Shown in pieces: positions 22,701-24,000 of a stretch of DNA of 24,000 bases (position 1 is its first letter; every line of letters begins with the position of its first letter). The notes beneath the pieces are model-generated. The model searched no databases, was not told the DNA's origin, and saw nothing but the letters and a program-made list of their open reading frames with translations. The DNA is from Thermodesulfovibrionia bacterium (GTDB lineage: Bacteria > Nitrospirota > Thermodesulfovibrionia > JACRGW01), in the NCBI GenBank assembly GCA_919902995.1, contig CAKKSD010000010.1:2646-26645 (forward strand), given 5' to 3'. The position numbers were made by a program, and so were the translations under genes.

Positions 22701-23000
22701 ATCCCTGAGGAGACATTAAGACTTCTTGATATTATGGATCTAAAGATCCTCGCAAGGCAATTAAGGGTAAAAAGAATAGAAAAAGGATGGGAGGGGATAA
22801 ATATTGTTTTTGATGAAAAGGTTGAAATCACTCCTGATAAGATCCTCAACCTTTTAAAAAGTAGAAATAAATCTATCAGGTTTATCCATGAATATACCAT
22901 ACAGCTTGCTTTAGGTGATAAGGGGTGGGATGAGGTTTACAGGGAAACGAAAAAGTTCTTGCAAGAAATCCTTGGATGTGTTACAAAAGAAAAATTTTAA
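19719..23000 (+). CDS. mfd: Transcription-repair coupling factor Mfd
   Basis: 1093 aa with a UvrB-homology N-terminus, the CarD-like DYIVHIDYGIGQY, and the helicase motifs GDVGYGKTEVA, DEEQRFGV, TATPIPRTL and QLRGRVGRS. Confidence 0.95.
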   Translation: MIFKEGIPLPLLDAIKRGERKIKVQGLAGSSKALFLSQIPKPLVVITSSQEEAERLYEDLRFFRSLFPNTDFDEPIFFPSTDILPIGISTPDHKIIGERIKILSVLNDGGKINLITHIESIMGFLPGKNDISIKRIIFKPGDSISRDTIGERLVGINYRRVPMVAEAGEFSIRGGIIDIYSPYHLNPVRIDLFGDEIESIMEFDKGTQRSVKGLDEVIVLPLLEDTSDLKETFFDYLTEEYLVVLDEPFRIDEKIKDRGIEMEKGHYLSTKEINHRVTRFQSIILELLVISGKGTIFNLDTESIEGTDLKGISSLAERIREWRRIYKVFIVCNTTGQAERLRDLLIEYDVGSYLQFIDHCSEITITDSNSLFPVILVGHLSKGFVFPSLGVVFITEAEIFGERLRRKVPSKSRLEDFLKSIEEIQAGDYIVHIDYGIGQYLGIKRLRIDGYESDFLLINYAGDDKLYLPLDRIDRVQRYVGPEGSTPELHRLGGISWQKTKERVKKEMEDMAKELIDLYASREVLEGYSFSPDSYLHKEFDSSFEYEETPDQIDAIEDIKRDMEGRKPMERLICGDVGYGKTEVAMRASFKAVHDSKQVAILVPTTILAEQHFRTFSERFSAFPVRTEVLSRFKSRKEQNKILGELEAGTIDIIIGTHRLLQKDVKFKDLGLLIIDEEQRFGVRHKERLKELKKNVDVLILTATPIPRTLHMALSKVRDLSIINTPPEDRLSVKTIITRFDKRVIRDAIMKELARGGQVFFVHNRVKTLERMFDYLKRIVPEARIGIAHGQMKEKDLEKVMVLFLKKELDLLLCSAIIESGLDIPSTNTIIINYANRFGVADLYQLRGRVGRSNKRAYAYFLIPGVQVLTGDARKRLRAMQEFSELGAGFKIALKDLEIRGAGNLLGPEQSGHIAAVGLDLYIQMLERAVLKIKGEEVPPLEDPLMDLKISAFIPEGYIPDVAQRLYFYKKIASVRTEDGIQDVKEELRDRFGEIPEETLRLLDIMDLKILARQLRVKRIEKGWEGINIVFDEKVEITPDKILNLLKSRNKSIRFIHEYTIQLALGDKGWDEVYRETKKFLQEILGCVTKEKF

Positions 23001-23014
23001 ATTTGGGAGGAGTA

Positions 23015-23866
23015 ATGAAAAAGGCAGTATTTTTAATTGTTATAGCGCTACTCTTAGGTTGTGCAAAGGATAAAGGAGAGGTTCTTGCTAAATTTAAGGG
23101 AGGCAAGGTAACGTCTGATGAATTTAAGAAGGAACTCAGCAAGGTACCCGACTTTGCTAAGGGTATATTCGAAAGCGCTGAAGGTAAAAAGAGGTTTCTC
23201 GAAGACCTGATAAGCCGTGAACTTATATACTTCGATGCCAAGAAAAAGAAGATCGATAAAGAGAAAGAGTATCTCGACATGGTCGAGAGGTTTAAGAGGG
23301 ATGCGCTTCTTGAGATCCTGCTTAAGAGAGAAGTAGAAGATAAGGCCAAGGTCGATGAGTCAGAGCTAAAGGCATATTATGATTCCAATCCCGAGGAATT
23401 CAGACTGAACGAGGAGGTGCGTGTAAGCCATATTCTTGTCAAGACTGATGCCGAAGCCAGAGATGTTATTAACAGACTCAAAGGGGGGACTGATTTTGGT
23501 AAACTCGCAATAGAGTTATCCCAGGATCCCGCCTCTGCAAAGAAGGGAGGAGAATTAGGATATTTTAAGAGAGGGAAGATGGTTCCGGAATTCGAGAGAG
23601 TCGCCTTCAAACTAAAGCAGGGAGAAATCAGTGAACCGGTAAGGACAAATTTCGGTTATCACATAATAAAACTCACAGGAAGAAAACAGGGGCAGTTAGT
23701 TGAATATGCAAAGGTAACAGAGGTCCTCCGTCAGCGGCTTCTTAGAGAAAAACAGAAGAAGATATTCGAAGAATGGGTGGCAGGTCTTAAAAAGGATGCC
23801 AAGATAGATATTAATGAGAAAGCCTTCAAATCCCTGACCGAAGAAAAGAAGGAATCACCGAAATAA
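23015..23866 (+). CDS. Parvulin-type peptidyl-prolyl isomerase lipoprotein (PpiC/PrsA/SurA-like)
   Basis: I prefer the ATG at 23015 (GGGAGGAG SD), giving MKKAVFLIVIALLLGC with a lipobox. The parvulin core is VRVSHILV...GGELGYF...FGYHIIKL. Confidence 0.85.
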   Translation: MKKAVFLIVIALLLGCAKDKGEVLAKFKGGKVTSDEFKKELSKVPDFAKGIFESAEGKKRFLEDLISRELIYFDAKKKKIDKEKEYLDMVERFKRDALLEILLKREVEDKAKVDESELKAYYDSNPEEFRLNEEVRVSHILVKTDAEARDVINRLKGGTDFGKLAIELSQDPASAKKGGELGYFKRGKMVPEFERVAFKLKQGEISEPVRTNFGYHIIKLTGRKQGQLVEYAKVTEVLRQRLLREKQKKIFEEWVAGLKKDAKIDINEKAFKSLTEEKKESPK

Positions 23867-24000
23867 GAAACCAGATGAGGATAGTTTTTTAAAACACCTC
23901 ATATGTTTTGAATTTGCAGATAAACGATGTCAAAAGACTCTGAGATCCAGAGTTTCAATAAAAGATACCTCACAGTTTTAACGAAAAGGTGAGTCAATGA

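Noticed and set aside
21452-23610. Minus-strand ORFs inside mfd and the PPIase gene (21452-21928, 22661-22900, 22981-23349, 23377-23610)
   Set aside because: They are antisense to clearly homologous genes, with serine/leucine-rich translations and no start-site signals.
1-24000. CRISPR array, tRNA or rRNA genes
   Set aside because: The repeats present are irregularly spaced, of unequal length and separated by whole genes. No short regularly spaced direct repeats and no cloverleaf-like or rRNA-like sequence were seen by eye.
23867-24000. Terminator or new gene after the PPIase gene
   Set aside because: There is only a 6-bp stem (atgagg/cctcat) with a 16-nt loop. The ORF starting at 23927 is only 22 codons long and closes before the window end. 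The evidence is too weak to call either.

Overview
Low-GC bacterial chromosomal segment. All family names below come from reading the translated ORFs by eye and from memory of the families. No searches were run. The right third (16.3-24 kb) is ordinary housekeeping: a fused aconitase-family hydratase, a small wHTH-like protein, a GAF protein, an XRE regulator, Mfd and a parvulin lipoprotein. The left two thirds (about 76-16354) form an accessory island between a SAM-methyltransferase gene start (1-75) and the aconitase gene. Nearly all island genes are on the minus strand. They include HepT/MntA, two PIN-toxin pairs, a three-gene operon led by a Panacea(DUF4065)-like protein, a RadC-N/putative toxin/DUF2283 module plus an extra DUF2283, AbiEii/AbiEi, a 1118-aa fused type IIG-like restriction-modification enzyme, a Cys-rich membrane-anchored pentapeptide-repeat protein, an uncharacterised soluble+membrane pair, and one plus-strand operon led by an SDH-family ClpP-fold serine protease. 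The least ordinary feature is structural. The cassettes are bracketed by two families of same-orientation repeats: a junction repeat with a palindromic core, and recurring fragments of a truncated radC gene. Unrelated ORFs are cut exactly at these repeats, which looks like repeated site-directed cassette accretion with no recombinase gene in the window. The RM gene also carries an in-frame double-hairpin palindromic element, with a 21-bp perfect inverted copy 576 bp away. No rRNA, tRNA or CRISPR array was seen.
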